Shown: piece by piece, positions 48,303-58,088 of the stretch
Position numbering within the stretch: the first letter of the stretch is position 1
How the letters are laid out: each line of letters opens with the position of its first letter
Virus record (IMG/VR): IMGVR_UViG_3300025133_000045
Coordinates: 35,826 to 99,825 of that record
Length of the DNA stretch: 64,000 bases
Strand: one strand, 5' to 3'
From: a virus
Position numbers and translations under genes: made by a program
The notes under the pieces: model-generated
The model's database searches: none
Told to the model about the DNA's origin: nothing
The model's input: only the letters and a program-made list of their open reading frames with translations

Positions 48303-51300
48303 CGTGTAGAACTCCTCGTTTCATTCAATAAATAGTCCATAACTTCGTTAATCAACTTCTCTTCTTGAACAAGTGAGCCTTTCATATTTAATTTTGAACG
48401 TTTCTTTTCTTCCTCGTTCTCTTCTCCGACATCATCGCCTTCCCAGGGTCCACCTTGTGCCGCTGGGGCTCCTTCCACATTGCCTCCAGCCATGCTGGAA
48501 TTTTCTTCGATGTCAGCAGGCTCGTCTTGCGCTTCTCGGATCTTATCGTAAACTGCTTTATATTTGTGTTTTAAATTGACAGGAAGCCCTTGAGGTGCTA
48601 TATTGTTATACCATTCATCGAAACCTAATGATAAAGCTGATTCCCTAGCCTGTGTCCCACTCATTAAACGAGGTGTTTCAATCATCTTTACCAAAACATC
48701 ACCATTTTCATCCTTATCAATGGGCAAATAATCGTGATCCTCTAAATATTTGCTAGGGCTGAAGGTTCGCAATGCCTTCATATATTTCCCAAACCTATCG
48801 GCTCCAGCGAGCCAACCTACAACTTTATGACCCTTATCGTGAAGATCTTCCATAATATCCACGATAAAGCCGCTCTTTGAAAACTTATCAGCCACTATAA
48901 CTTCAGGATCTCCTTCGTAGATTGAAGAAAGAAGCTCATATTGCTCTTTCTCGCTCAGAGGGTTTGTTGCTTTGTCTTCGCTTGTAGCTGCCCCCTTAAC
49001 AAGCATAATATACACTGCATCAGCCCCTGCATCGGCAAGCGCTTTCTTTCCCTTCTCAACCATTGCATGATGGCCAAGGTGCCAAGGCTGGGCTCGGCCA
49101 CTCCAAATTATCACCCTCTTCCTAAAGTCATCTTTTGGATCCCGACCAACTCCAGCTTCAAAATTAATGATTCGATCAACCCTGAAGCCCAAAACAGCGT
49201 TCAAAAGGTTAATGTAGTAGGCTTTGCCACTTAGATTGGAATTTGTAGCTTTATTCAAGGCTACAATCTTTTTTTCAAGTCGTACAAAGAATTCTTCCGT
49301 CTTCCTCACAGAATCTGCATCGAGATTGGGTGCCGTCTTTTTAAACTTTGCTTTATCGTTTTGAAGCTGGCTTTCAAAGGTTTTTATTGTTTCTTTGGCT
49401 TTTTCCTTGATCCCGCTAATATCTGGTTCGCTCTCGACCAAATAAGGCACCAAAGAGGCTAAAAACTCCATTTTTCGATTAGAACCACTCTGTTTGGGAC
49501 TAAATGTATCTGCGGCTGTTCGTATTGCCCGGTTTAAGGCCGCTGGTTGTGATGTCTTGAGCCCGAGGATTTCTTTGATAAAGTGATTTTCGAGAGCCTT
49601 CTCAAGATTGAGAATATTCACCCTGTCTTCCCAGAAAATGTCTTTTCTCTTATCAAAGAGTTCAGAGGTGCCCTTGACCTCGTAGATATCCCCATTTGGC
49701 TTTTTGATCTTGAGTACGACCCCTTCTATGTAAGAATCTTCGCCCCCAAGCCTAGAAGATGCCTTATTGGCAAATCCGTTTAATGCTCCTTGCAATTCTT
49801 TGCTTACTTTGTCGAGTTCTTTGACAAGTTCCTTTTTTGCTGGAGACCCTTTGCGGGTGGACAAGAGTGTGATCCCCTTTTCGAAATTTGACTTGTCCTT
49901 GAGATAATGTGCCAAAACTTTGCCGATATTAATATGAAATACGCCCTCCATTTTCATATCTTCATCGTTGGTATAAATTCTCCATTCCGCAGCCCATCCA
50001 GCTTGCATAGATTCGTATTTCAGTAGGCTTGTTAGCTCGTTATTCTGATCAGGGGTCACTTTATACCAGTTTAGGCGGTCAGAATTCCAAAGCTGACAGT
50101 TAAAGAGTACAAAAGCACCTGCTTTTCCAAACTTTTCCCTCGAATAAGGGGTGCCAACAAAAATAATATTATCGTTACCTTTTGACCCCTCATGTGTTAA
50201 AACAGGGAACAATTCAGCGTCATAACGGAAAGGGCCGACTCTATCAAAGAGGTTTTTCAATGATTCTTGAAAATTCTTATCATTTTGAAGATATTTGAAC
50301 GATTCCAGAAGATCTACATTGAATCCGAATCTTTTTTCAACGTTTTTAGTATAAACCGGCCCACTATTGCTCGATTCCATGAAAAACTGTTCCCTTTTGT
50401 CCAAACCGAAGTGACAAAACGACGAATCCATCTTTTCAACGAGGTCAATCGACGAGTTATTTCCAAAGTCAATGTCAAAACCGGTTTTCCCTTCGTTGTT
50501 GGACTCATCGACCAGTGTACGAAGAACGTCAAGAGCGGTTTTGCGAGTGAACTTGCTTTTCCCAGCAAATCTGCCGATTCCTGTTCTAGCTTCATTCACC
50601 ATCTCTGGATTTTTGGGCGGTTCCCAAGTCTTTTTCATCAGCTTACCCAGAATTGTCATTCCCAAGTTGTATTCTTCTTTGCCGATGCTCCTTTTAAGGT
50701 TCATCTCCGCACTGTCAATAAACTTCTCCCAAATTATATCGATATCAGAAGTTCTTTTATTCCTTCCTATGAAGTTGGCCAGCTTTGACGCATGATAAAT
50801 GGTTGAACCCGATGCTTCGGGGTGATCCAAGATTGTACGTGCCAAAGCGTCCAAATTTTCAAATCCAATGCGAGATTCAGACTCAACGTCAATGCTTTTC
50901 CGTGACATCTTGGTAGGGTCGCCTCTTTTTGGCTTTCGAAGATCCAATACGAGTTTTAAACCCCTCTCGCCAAGCGAAAACCTAGCACCGACAGGATCCC
51001 AGCCTAATTTTCTCTGCTTTTGAAGCATCTTTGCAAATTCAGTGTCAGGGTTGTTCTCGGCAGAGTCCAAAACAGCCTCAAAGGCGTCTCCTTGCTTCAA
51101 TTCCATAGCTGCTGCAACAGCGCGTAGCAAAATAATGGAGAATGCACCTTTCACCTGAGACGCAAGATCAACAAAGCTGCTTTTTTGAAGAAACTCTTTT
51201 GTTGCCCTCGCATTGGCAACGTCTACAAGATCTATTTGAAAAACACGATTGCCAACACGCACTGCAATGTGAATTTCGTTCTTTCCGCGCCTCGTGGCAT

Positions 51301-51778
51301 ACACCGAGGGGTCAATTTCCTCGATGGCCGCTGCGACCTCTTTAGATGGGGCAGCAAAGACAACATCAATATCCAAATCACCATAACTTGTCTTTTTTTG
51401 CGATGCCATATTAATCACATCATCTGTTTCAAACTGGTCCGTTGCAACAACATCGGACCCATAATGTTTTAGGGCTGCCAACCTAGTAGAGCCTACTTGA
51501 TATCGAGGAGGAACTGATGTATCGAGAAGCTTCTTTTGTCCGAGGAGATATAAAAGTTTTCCGATATACGTTTGATCATCGGCATCTGGAAAAACCCCAT
51601 ATTCCTTGGGCAAGACCATGCTCAAATCTTCATCCGAGATCGTTGAATACGTCATATCCCGTTCAGCATTGTCAGGATGAGAACTTAATTTAGTTTTTAT
51701 GAGAGTGTCTGCTGCATTCCCTCCTTCAGAAAGGAGTTCCCTCACCAGACTGAAAAGAGTCTGCTGCAAGCCGGTCAT
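48299..51778 (-). CDS. Multidomain protein: Pol-beta-type nucleotidyltransferase + ATP-dependent ligase-like domain + HxGH (NMNAT/cytidylyltransferase-like) domain (1159 aa)
   Basis: GST...GDLDID...QIDL; EKMDS, DAELF, EGVVLK, YEVK; GRAQPWHLGH, NPLS, MSGT..R. Confidence 0.7.
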   Translation of the reverse strand: MTGLQQTLFSLVRELLSEGGNAADTLIKTKLSSHPDNAERDMTYSTISDEDLSMVLPKEYGVFPDADDQTYIGKLLYLLGQKKLLDTSVPPRYQVGSTRLAALKHYGSDVVATDQFETDDVINMASQKKTSYGDLDIDVVFAAPSKEVAAAIEEIDPSVYATRRGKNEIHIAVRVGNRVFQIDLVDVANARATKEFLQKSSFVDLASQVKGAFSIILLRAVAAAMELKQGDAFEAVLDSAENNPDTEFAKMLQKQRKLGWDPVGARFSLGERGLKLVLDLRKPKRGDPTKMSRKSIDVESESRIGFENLDALARTILDHPEASGSTIYHASKLANFIGRNKRTSDIDIIWEKFIDSAEMNLKRSIGKEEYNLGMTILGKLMKKTWEPPKNPEMVNEARTGIGRFAGKSKFTRKTALDVLRTLVDESNNEGKTGFDIDFGNNSSIDLVEKMDSSFCHFGLDKREQFFMESSNSGPVYTKNVEKRFGFNVDLLESFKYLQNDKNFQESLKNLFDRVGPFRYDAELFPVLTHEGSKGNDNIIFVGTPYSREKFGKAGAFVLFNCQLWNSDRLNWYKVTPDQNNELTSLLKYESMQAGWAAEWRIYTNDEDMKMEGVFHINIGKVLAHYLKDKSNFEKGITLLSTRKGSPAKKELVKELDKVSKELQGALNGFANKASSRLGGEDSYIEGVVLKIKKPNGDIYEVKGTSELFDKRKDIFWEDRVNILNLEKALENHFIKEILGLKTSQPAALNRAIRTAADTFSPKQSGSNRKMEFLASLVPYLVESEPDISGIKEKAKETIKTFESQLQNDKAKFKKTAPNLDADSVRKTEEFFVRLEKKIVALNKATNSNLSGKAYYINLLNAVLGFRVDRIINFEAGVGRDPKDDFRKRVIIWSGRAQPWHLGHHAMVEKGKKALADAGADAVYIMLVKGAATSEDKATNPLSEKEQYELLSSIYEGDPEVIVADKFSKSGFIVDIMEDLHDKGHKVVGWLAGADRFGKYMKALRTFSPSKYLEDHDYLPIDKDENGDVLVKMIETPRLMSGTQARESALSLGFDEWYNNIAPQGLPVNLKHKYKAVYDKIREAQDEPADIEENSSMAGGNVEGAPAAQGGPWEGDDVGEENEEEKKRSKLNMKGSLVQEEKLINEVMDYLLNETRSSTR

Positions 51779-52032
51779 TTTTTGGTATTCTCTTCTTCTA
51801 AAAGGTTAACATGCTCTTCAAGTAATGTAACTTTTTCTTCAAGTTTGCGAACGTGTCTCTTGATTTCTCGGAGATTTTCTTTTGCTATCTCCATACGCCT
51901 TGAATCAGTTTTAGAGCGCGGCTGAAGTTGGCTTAAGATTTCCGATAAATTCTGGATATAAGAAGCTACACCAACGCCTGCACGCGATTCACCCAGCAAA
52001 AACCTTCTAGTGATCCCGTCCAAATCAGCCAT
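51775..52032 (-). CDS. Small coiled-coil protein
   Basis: Probable start ATG 52032 (MADLDGITRRFLLGE); heptad pattern at the C-terminus. Confidence 0.6.
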   Translation of the reverse strand: MADLDGITRRFLLGESRAGVGVASYIQNLSEILSQLQPRSKTDSRRMEIAKENLREIKRHVRKLEEKVTLLEEHVNLLEEENTKK

Positions 52033-52033
52033 A

Positions 52034-52945
52034 TCATTTTCTCGCCATATATTTCTTAATGGCTTCACGAACCGTTTTACGAATCCGAACTTCTTCCTCT
52101 ATAATCGTGGAAGATTGCCTTTTCGTCACAGTGCGGGATTCCTGATACCTTTCTTTCCTTGTGTCCGGTGAACGGCCCCCTCTCTTCCCCTTCGGGGCCA
52201 TAAAGTTATTCTGAATCTGCCTAGCCTTCCCGCCCGAATAAGTTTTGCCCCATTTATCTTTCCATTTCACGTCTACAGTTCCTATAGAAGTCGGATCATC
52301 ATAGCCTGTACCCGAGATATCAAAAACACGACCTTCATCATCGACGCGAATCTCGCTTGAAAGGCTCTCCTCAAGCTCAAGAGAATCCTCAGCCTCTTCT
52401 TGGGTATTATCTTCTTTAGTTTCGGGAATGCCAAACCTCTCTTTAATCAGAGTTGCAAGCTCTGCATTCTTCCATTCAAATAGTTTCATTTTTTTATCTC
52501 CTCTAGAGTAGTAACTAGACTCTTGTAATTGTTTTTTATGGGTATCTTCCCAATCTCTAAGACACATACTGCCATCTCGATTTGCTTCGACTTCCATTTG
52601 TCTTAGGTGTGGATTAGTTTGTGCATACCCATCACCCGCTTCCCCCATATCGCCAAACTGTCCCTCACAGTTTTGTTTGTGATGAACCAGTTCGTGAGAC
52701 AGGGATCTTAAAATATCTTTTGGATGACGACCGTCAGTGAAAATTGTTACTCCGTAAGATGAAGGATCATAGTGAGCAGTTTTTCCAAGAGGCAATTTAG
52801 CATTTTCAGCGTCAGAGACAAAGAAAAGAGACGGAGGCTTCTTGAATCCAAACCTCTTCACAGCAAAATTCATAAAACTGGACAACAATGGTTTGAATTG
52901 TCCATAATCCAATGAATCTGATTTATTTGTAACCTTACACTTCAT
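52034..52945 (-). CDS. Zincin metallopeptidase-domain protein
   Basis: KTAHYDP, RHPKDILRSLSHELVHHKQ (HExxH), MEVEA. Confidence 0.75.
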   Translation of the reverse strand: MKCKVTNKSDSLDYGQFKPLLSSFMNFAVKRFGFKKPPSLFFVSDAENAKLPLGKTAHYDPSSYGVTIFTDGRHPKDILRSLSHELVHHKQNCEGQFGDMGEAGDGYAQTNPHLRQMEVEANRDGSMCLRDWEDTHKKQLQESSYYSRGDKKMKLFEWKNAELATLIKERFGIPETKEDNTQEEAEDSLELEESLSSEIRVDDEGRVFDISGTGYDDPTSIGTVDVKWKDKWGKTYSGGKARQIQNNFMAPKGKRGGRSPDTRKERYQESRTVTKRQSSTIIEEEVRIRKTVREAIKKYMARK

Positions 52946-53183
52946 TTTTTGGCCCTTCAAACCTTTTTAAATTTACAACTGGTACGGACACCATTGCACT
53001 CCCTCTAAAACGAACAACCTTAGCATAAATTATGTTTCTGCCTCCTTTCCTCTTTTGATAAAAATCAATTATCAATCCTAAATCTCTAACCTCGTCCTCT
53101 CCCAACAATTTCCAACTAACCAAATCTCCTATCTTAATCTTTGCCAACATCCTGTCGCCAAGAGAACCTTCGGAACTCAACAC
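52935..53183 (-). CDS. Small SH3/KOW-like protein
   Basis: IKIGDLVSW...GLII pattern. Confidence 0.5.
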   Translation of the reverse strand: MLSSEGSLGDRMLAKIKIGDLVSWKLLGEDEVRDLGLIIDFYQKRKGGRNIIYAKVVRFRGSAMVSVPVVNLKRFEGPKNEV

Positions 53184-53184
53184 T

Positions 53185-53523
53185 CTATACCTCTGGGGTT
53201 GTCATATCTAGTTCTTCTCCTGTCTTATAGTCCATAGCGCTCATGGCATAATTGAGTGCCCGTTGAATACGGGACAACTGAAAATCGGAGATTTTCTCAA
53301 TCTCAATTTGTGATAAATCTCCTCCTTTAAAGCCCTCTCCTACAGATGTGGTAAGATCGTGGATCAGGCCAACAATCCTTTCAGTCTCTTCTTCAAAAGG
53401 GGTTAGAGAATCGTTAGTTCTATCACCACTTATATCAAACATGGGTCGATCCCGATCCCAATGACGAGGCGACATATATTCATTAATCATATCAACGATT
53501 AATTGCTTAGTCAGTTTCTCCAT
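53185..53523 (-). CDS. Hypothetical protein with KLTKQLIVDMINE leader
   Basis: ORF with a GGAGAGGA RBS. Confidence 0.6.
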   Translation of the reverse strand: MEKLTKQLIVDMINEYMSPRHWDRDRPMFDISGDRTNDSLTPFEEETERIVGLIHDLTTSVGEGFKGGDLSQIEIEKISDFQLSRIQRALNYAMSAMDYKTGEELDMTTPEV

Positions 53524-53642
53524 TATAATCCTCTCCCTTCAATAATTGCCGCCAAAACTGCTTTAGCGTCTGTCAGAGCTTCATAATAATCCAATCCCAA
53601 CACATTAAATAGTATGCTGAAAACTTAAAAAATACTTGATTT

Positions 53643-53903
53643 CTAATTAAAACCCAAATCTACAACTTCTTCTTCGGATATTAACAAGAATTTATGGGGA
53701 GCCCTCACTAAAACTCGACCTCTATGATCAATATCGTTTGAAATCTTCACTATTTCTGTGCCCCGTGGTACTTCGACCATGGATCTCCCCACTGGATCAT
53801 AAAACCAATCATATCCTGAGCCACTGATCATTTGGTAACACAATGGTTCTTTAGACTTTTGCTCTTCACTTCCAGTCGACTCCAGCATCCAATTTAACCA
53901 CAT
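53643..53903 (-). CDS. Hypothetical protein (86 aa)
   Basis: ORF with a GGAG RBS. Confidence 0.55.
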   Translation of the reverse strand: MWLNWMLESTGSEEQKSKEPLCYQMISGSGYDWFYDPVGRSMVEVPRGTEIVKISNDIDHRGRVLVRAPHKFLLISEEEVVDLGFN

Positions 53904-54000
53904 GCTTCTATCTCCCGCAAATAACTAGAAACTGAACCATCAAACATCACCAACTGAATCCTAAAACAAACATAAACTGTGCCTGTTTAGATAGTGTCGA

Positions 54001-55461
54001 TTAAGGATCCCATATCACCCCATCTATCGAACTTATATCCCCGGTGCCCACGCCGCTAACCGAGATAATATCCCCGGCGTATACACCACTAAGTTTAACA
54101 ACGGCTCTTGCAAAATCGTCTATTTGAAAAGCATCTATAGCAAGATCGCCTGTATAGCTTGATCCAGACTTACAAAAAAAGTAAATATAAACTGTTGATT
54201 CCCCTACAGCAGCACTTAAATCAACAGTTGCTTTTCTCCAATAGTTGGCTGGATCTAGAGGATCTAAGTGTCCTTCAGTTTGTTGTTGTCCAATAATCCT
54301 AACACCTGTTGCTGTTGTGCTACCGCCATCATCCATCCAATAAGTTATCGTTGCTCCCCCCGTATAGTCGCTAGTAAAGCCAAGACCAGTTCCAGCTTCG
54401 GATGCATCACTTGCATCATGAGTTGCTGTAGTCGCAGCTATTCCTAGATTTCCCATAGTTGCCCCGTACATATGGAACCAAAATGTCATAGTCACAGGCG
54501 CTGTCACCGAGGAAAGATCAATAGCTTGTGTTCTTATTAGATTATATTTGTTAGGATACCACCCTGAAGTTTCAACATACATATATCTTTTATCTGAACT
54601 TGAAGTCCAGGCTCCATCTGAGCCCGTGGTTTCCGTAGACATACCACCACCTGGACCGGTGCCGGAAGAGGGAGTGGTCCCGTAACCAAAAACCCACCCT
54701 TTAGAATCTTGGCTATAGCCAAGATCGGAATCTGCTTGTCCAGAATAAACAGTCATGTTACCGCCATCGGCTTTTTCCCAACCCGATGGTAGTGTAGCCG
54801 AACTTCCATCACTGGCTCCAGTATCATCGTTGAAATCCTGGAAAAGAATTCGGTCGTCGGCTATAGTATATTCGATGTAAGGATCCGTTCCTGTGCCTGA
54901 ATAGTCTACATAGTACAGGCCGCTCCTCGCCACGCCGGGGCTTACGAATAGGTAGTCGTAATCGTAATCGATGAGTCCAAGCCTAAACTCGTCCAAACTC
55001 TGCATGTCAGCCAGAGCGTCTGCGGAGAGGGTGATGGCGTTATATCCGGTGGTCGACCACGTGGCTATTTCGGAACTATACTCGGTCATCGTCCCATCGC
55101 CCGACGTAGAATCCACCCTTCCTTCGATTAGTGGAAAGTCGGCGCTGACGAAGTTCGTACTCGAATCTCCCGTACACGTGTCGGACAACTTCACACAGAT
55201 CATATCGCTAGTGCCTATGCCGAACCCGTAAATATACAACGTCGCGGAAGTGACGGTGCCCGTTATGCCACTAGTGTCCCACGCAAAATAAGATCGATTA
55301 CAACGGTATAGAGGACCACTTCGAAGTTGGACCCACACCGCACGGTTGTTACGGGTGTTCGTGTTATAGACTGTAGCGGTGGCTGCATCCCTTACGCCCG
55401 TAAAAGTAGACGTGCTCGTTGGCGCAAACCTGGCGTCTCTACCAACGGTAATGGTGGCCAT
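54001..55461 (-). CDS. Virion adhesin/fibre-like protein with a MAM-like domain
   Basis: TPSSGTGP, RYMYVETS, MTFWFHMYG..MG.L and GDLAID are MAM signatures. The N-terminal region is DNRLRE-like (RSYFAWDTSGI..VTSATLYIY). Confidence 0.7.
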   Translation of the reverse strand: MATITVGRDARFAPTSTSTFTGVRDAATATVYNTNTRNNRAVWVQLRSGPLYRCNRSYFAWDTSGITGTVTSATLYIYGFGIGTSDMICVKLSDTCTGDSSTNFVSADFPLIEGRVDSTSGDGTMTEYSSEIATWSTTGYNAITLSADALADMQSLDEFRLGLIDYDYDYLFVSPGVARSGLYYVDYSGTGTDPYIEYTIADDRILFQDFNDDTGASDGSSATLPSGWEKADGGNMTVYSGQADSDLGYSQDSKGWVFGYGTTPSSGTGPGGGMSTETTGSDGAWTSSSDKRYMYVETSGWYPNKYNLIRTQAIDLSSVTAPVTMTFWFHMYGATMGNLGIAATTATHDASDASEAGTGLGFTSDYTGGATITYWMDDGGSTTATGVRIIGQQQTEGHLDPLDPANYWRKATVDLSAAVGESTVYIYFFCKSGSSYTGDLAIDAFQIDDFARAVVKLSGVYAGDIISVSGVGTGDISSIDGVIWDP

Positions 55462-55751
55462 TATGAAATGTCCCGTAAGTAAACTAAACCGATCACCGCC
55501 TCGCCTCGCGGATCGGGCTCGGCGACCTCGCCTTCCGCCAGGTAATCAGGTGGTGGATCAAGAGGCCAAAACTCGAAGCCACTGTCGTACATAAGCTCCC
55601 GTAAGGAGCCGGTGATGCCCGTAACCAAGCTACCCGACGCGCTGGTCAGCGCATCCAGATAAAACGACGCGCTCGCATCCGAGACAGGGTATCCCACCTC
55701 TTCTACCTCGACACTATCTGTCCAAGCTACAGTTAAATTTATTTGCTTCAT
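55461..55751 (-). CDS. Hypothetical protein (96 aa), fibre-associated
   Basis: TAATG-coupled to the MAM gene. Confidence 0.55.
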   Translation of the reverse strand: MKQINLTVAWTDSVEVEEVGYPVSDASASFYLDALTSASGSLVTGITGSLRELMYDSGFEFWPLDPPPDYLAEGEVAEPDPRGEAVIGLVYLRDIS

Positions 55752-55759
55752 AACGATCC

Positions 55760-57196
55760 TTAGCTCAAAACAATATAGTCAGTGGATGGGTTAAAATAAA
55801 TAATCGACGAACCCGCTGAATTTGCTGTCTGAATACAATAACCGATGATACGAACAACGTCCCCAGAGCCAGAAGGTGCCGTGAAAGTCATAAGACCAGC
55901 AGTTGTGCTTAAATATATTGGATCTCCGACCTTTGCAGTAGCAGGGCTAGGCAAAGTGGTAGAGTCTATCCTTGCATATCCACGAACCAACATTCCGTGC
56001 TTGGCGTTAGTGGTTGTTGCCAGAAGCAACATAACTGGTCCAGCCGTAGATTCAGCGCCAGCATCAGTTTGTGCAACAGCCGCAGAATCAGTTAAATAAT
56101 AAACATTGCTCAGAGTTGTGCCGGTGTCGGGAAAATATATGATCTCGCCCATTGCTTCGCCATCAGCACTGAAACCATAGGGGTCAGCCAAGCTGTCACC
56201 AAGGTCTTTATAAAAAGAATATCCTTGAGAGACAGCAGACACTTGTCCATTTTGGACGCCGCCTAAGTGTACCATATCTTCACTGCCATCAGTCCATATT
56301 AAATATTGTTCCGAATCGCCTTCAACCCGGAAATCGTAATCGCCACCTGTTATATTGAAGTGACCGGATCCTGTAACTTGAAAGCCTAAACCTCCCCAGT
56401 TCAAGACGTACCCCGAACTGCTCCAAAGCTTACCGGTTGCTGTAGCAGGCCACGCGATTACATCGAGGTAGAGGGGCTTGCTGTAAAAAAGATAGGCATC
56501 ATCCTGGTCGCCACCATTAAAATATATGTTGTTCGAGGTAATGCTGACCGCATTGATTACATCTTCCGTGGCAGTTATGTTAACTGATCCTCCGGTGTTT
56601 GTGATATTTATATCCTGACCAGCAGCACCCACAGCGTCAATGTCGATGCCACCCGCAGACGCCAAAATCCCGATAGCGCTTGGTAAATCGCCCGATCCGG
56701 TGAGCCCCAGACGAGTATCCGATACAATGTCTAACTCGCCGTCTGCTTTTGAGTACGCATAAATTCCAGAATCACGGAAGAACAACTTAGCATCTCCAGT
56801 GCTTGCACCCACTGTGACATCTCCCGTGGAATCGTTAAACGTGAGGTCCGCTGCACCACCGAAAGAGCCGCCATCGTTGTATTGAACCTGCGTATCAGAC
56901 CCGCCTGGTGAGCCCCCTCCCCCGCCCGTATCGGTTAAGTCATATTCGGTGCCACCATCTGTTTGAAAGTATATTTTATTATCCGTGCTCTTCACATACA
57001 GTGAGCCTGTTCCCGCCCCTGGCCTTGAAACCGAAGCACTCGCAACAGGTATAAGGATCGGAGAATGAAATTGAATAATACTTCCAGAATCTGCTGTTAT
57101 GAAGCTGGCACTTAAAAAAGTGACTGAACTACCACTCTGCATCGATAGCTTTTCTTTCTCGATTACCTTTTTAACGTCTAATCTAAAATTTTTCAT
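55760..57196 (-). CDS. Tail fibre-like virion protein
   Basis: GGSPGGSDTQVQYNDGGSFGG and the C-terminal GDPIYLSTTAG..TAPSGSGDVVRIIGY module are common in phage fibre proteins. Confidence 0.65.
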   Translation of the reverse strand: MKNFRLDVKKVIEKEKLSMQSGSSVTFLSASFITADSGSIIQFHSPILIPVASASVSRPGAGTGSLYVKSTDNKIYFQTDGGTEYDLTDTGGGGGSPGGSDTQVQYNDGGSFGGAADLTFNDSTGDVTVGASTGDAKLFFRDSGIYAYSKADGELDIVSDTRLGLTGSGDLPSAIGILASAGGIDIDAVGAAGQDINITNTGGSVNITATEDVINAVSITSNNIYFNGGDQDDAYLFYSKPLYLDVIAWPATATGKLWSSSGYVLNWGGLGFQVTGSGHFNITGGDYDFRVEGDSEQYLIWTDGSEDMVHLGGVQNGQVSAVSQGYSFYKDLGDSLADPYGFSADGEAMGEIIYFPDTGTTLSNVYYLTDSAAVAQTDAGAESTAGPVMLLLATTTNAKHGMLVRGYARIDSTTLPSPATAKVGDPIYLSTTAGLMTFTAPSGSGDVVRIIGYCIQTANSAGSSIIYFNPSTDYIVLS

Positions 57197-57199
57197 TTC

Positions 57200-57640
57200 T
57201 TAATACCACACTGGAGTGTCAAATCTTTTCATTCTTCCATAAAAATCGTTAATCGCTTTCTTATCTTCCTCAACAGACTCCCAGCCAACTTTAGGAGCAA
57301 TAATGATCTTATCGTTTCCAACCTTTTTATGATAATGGGGCTTATATGCCACATGACCCACTGGTATCAGATTTGGGGTGCCTGAATCAGCACTGGGAAC
57401 GATCACAAAATCCCACCCCATACCATCGGCAGGATTTATAAACTCAGGCCACTCACCATAATCAAACTCAAGCTCCATTGGAATATCCTGACCAAACTTC
57501 TTCAGCGACCCCTTCGGAAAGTCAATGTATTTTTTTTGTTCTGGATCGGCCATAATAATGGAGACCATTTCTTCCCTCGTGGGAATAATTGTCTTTTCCT
57601 CGTACAGGAACCTTTTCCAGTTTTTATAATACTTGCTCAT
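57200..57640 (-). CDS. Inorganic pyrophosphatase-like domain protein with an NWxxF/Y leader
   Basis: IDFPKGS, DYGEWP, DGMGWDFVIV and DKII resemble family I PPase motifs. N-terminus MSKYYKNWKRFLYEE. Confidence 0.55.
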   Translation of the reverse strand: MSKYYKNWKRFLYEEKTIIPTREEMVSIIMADPEQKKYIDFPKGSLKKFGQDIPMELEFDYGEWPEFINPADGMGWDFVIVPSADSGTPNLIPVGHVAYKPHYHKKVGNDKIIIAPKVGWESVEEDKKAINDFYGRMKRFDTPVWY

Positions 57641-57641
57641 T

Positions 57642-58088
57642 TTACACCATCATTATAAGACACGCTGTTAAATTATTGCTCATGTGACATACTATGGATG
57701 CCTTAATGTTGCCAGTCTTGTATTTAAACCATCCCAAAAGGAAGGAAATCGGCAACAAACCCAATATATGAAGAGGGTCCAAGTGAATGAGGGCGAACAA
57801 AAGGCTCACCACAACGTATACCACTTCAACTTTTACGAATTTGGACATCACATTCCAAATCAGCCCTCTAAAAAGCATCTCTTCAATAAGAGGCGACACA
57901 ATAACGATAATAAATAACATGAAACCCAGAAAAAGTCCACTATCGTCATAAGAAAGAATATCTTCCACCGCCTCTACAGTTGTTAGATCCAAGCTTGGAA
58001 AAACCTTCAACAATAGCTTTACGAAAGCAGATGTAAATCCGCTTATAAGCACACCAGCAAATAATGCTTTCCAATATACATACTTCAT
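57642..58088 (-). CDS. CPBP/Abi-family (CAAX-like) intramembrane metalloprotease
   Basis: EEMLFRG, FALIH, HMSNN motifs and multiple TM helices. Confidence 0.9.
   Translation of the reverse strand: MKYVYWKALFAGVLISGFTSAFVKLLLKVFPSLDLTTVEAVEDILSYDDSGLFLGFMLFIIVIVSPLIEEMLFRGLIWNVMSKFVKVEVVYVVVSLLFALIHLDPLHILGLLPISFLLGWFKYKTGNIKASIVCHMSNNLTACLIMMV

Noticed and set aside
48299-51778. CBASS/CD-NTase defence system
   Set aside because: An NTase motif is present, but no Cap effector or ancillary genes are adjacent, and the fusion partners point elsewhere.
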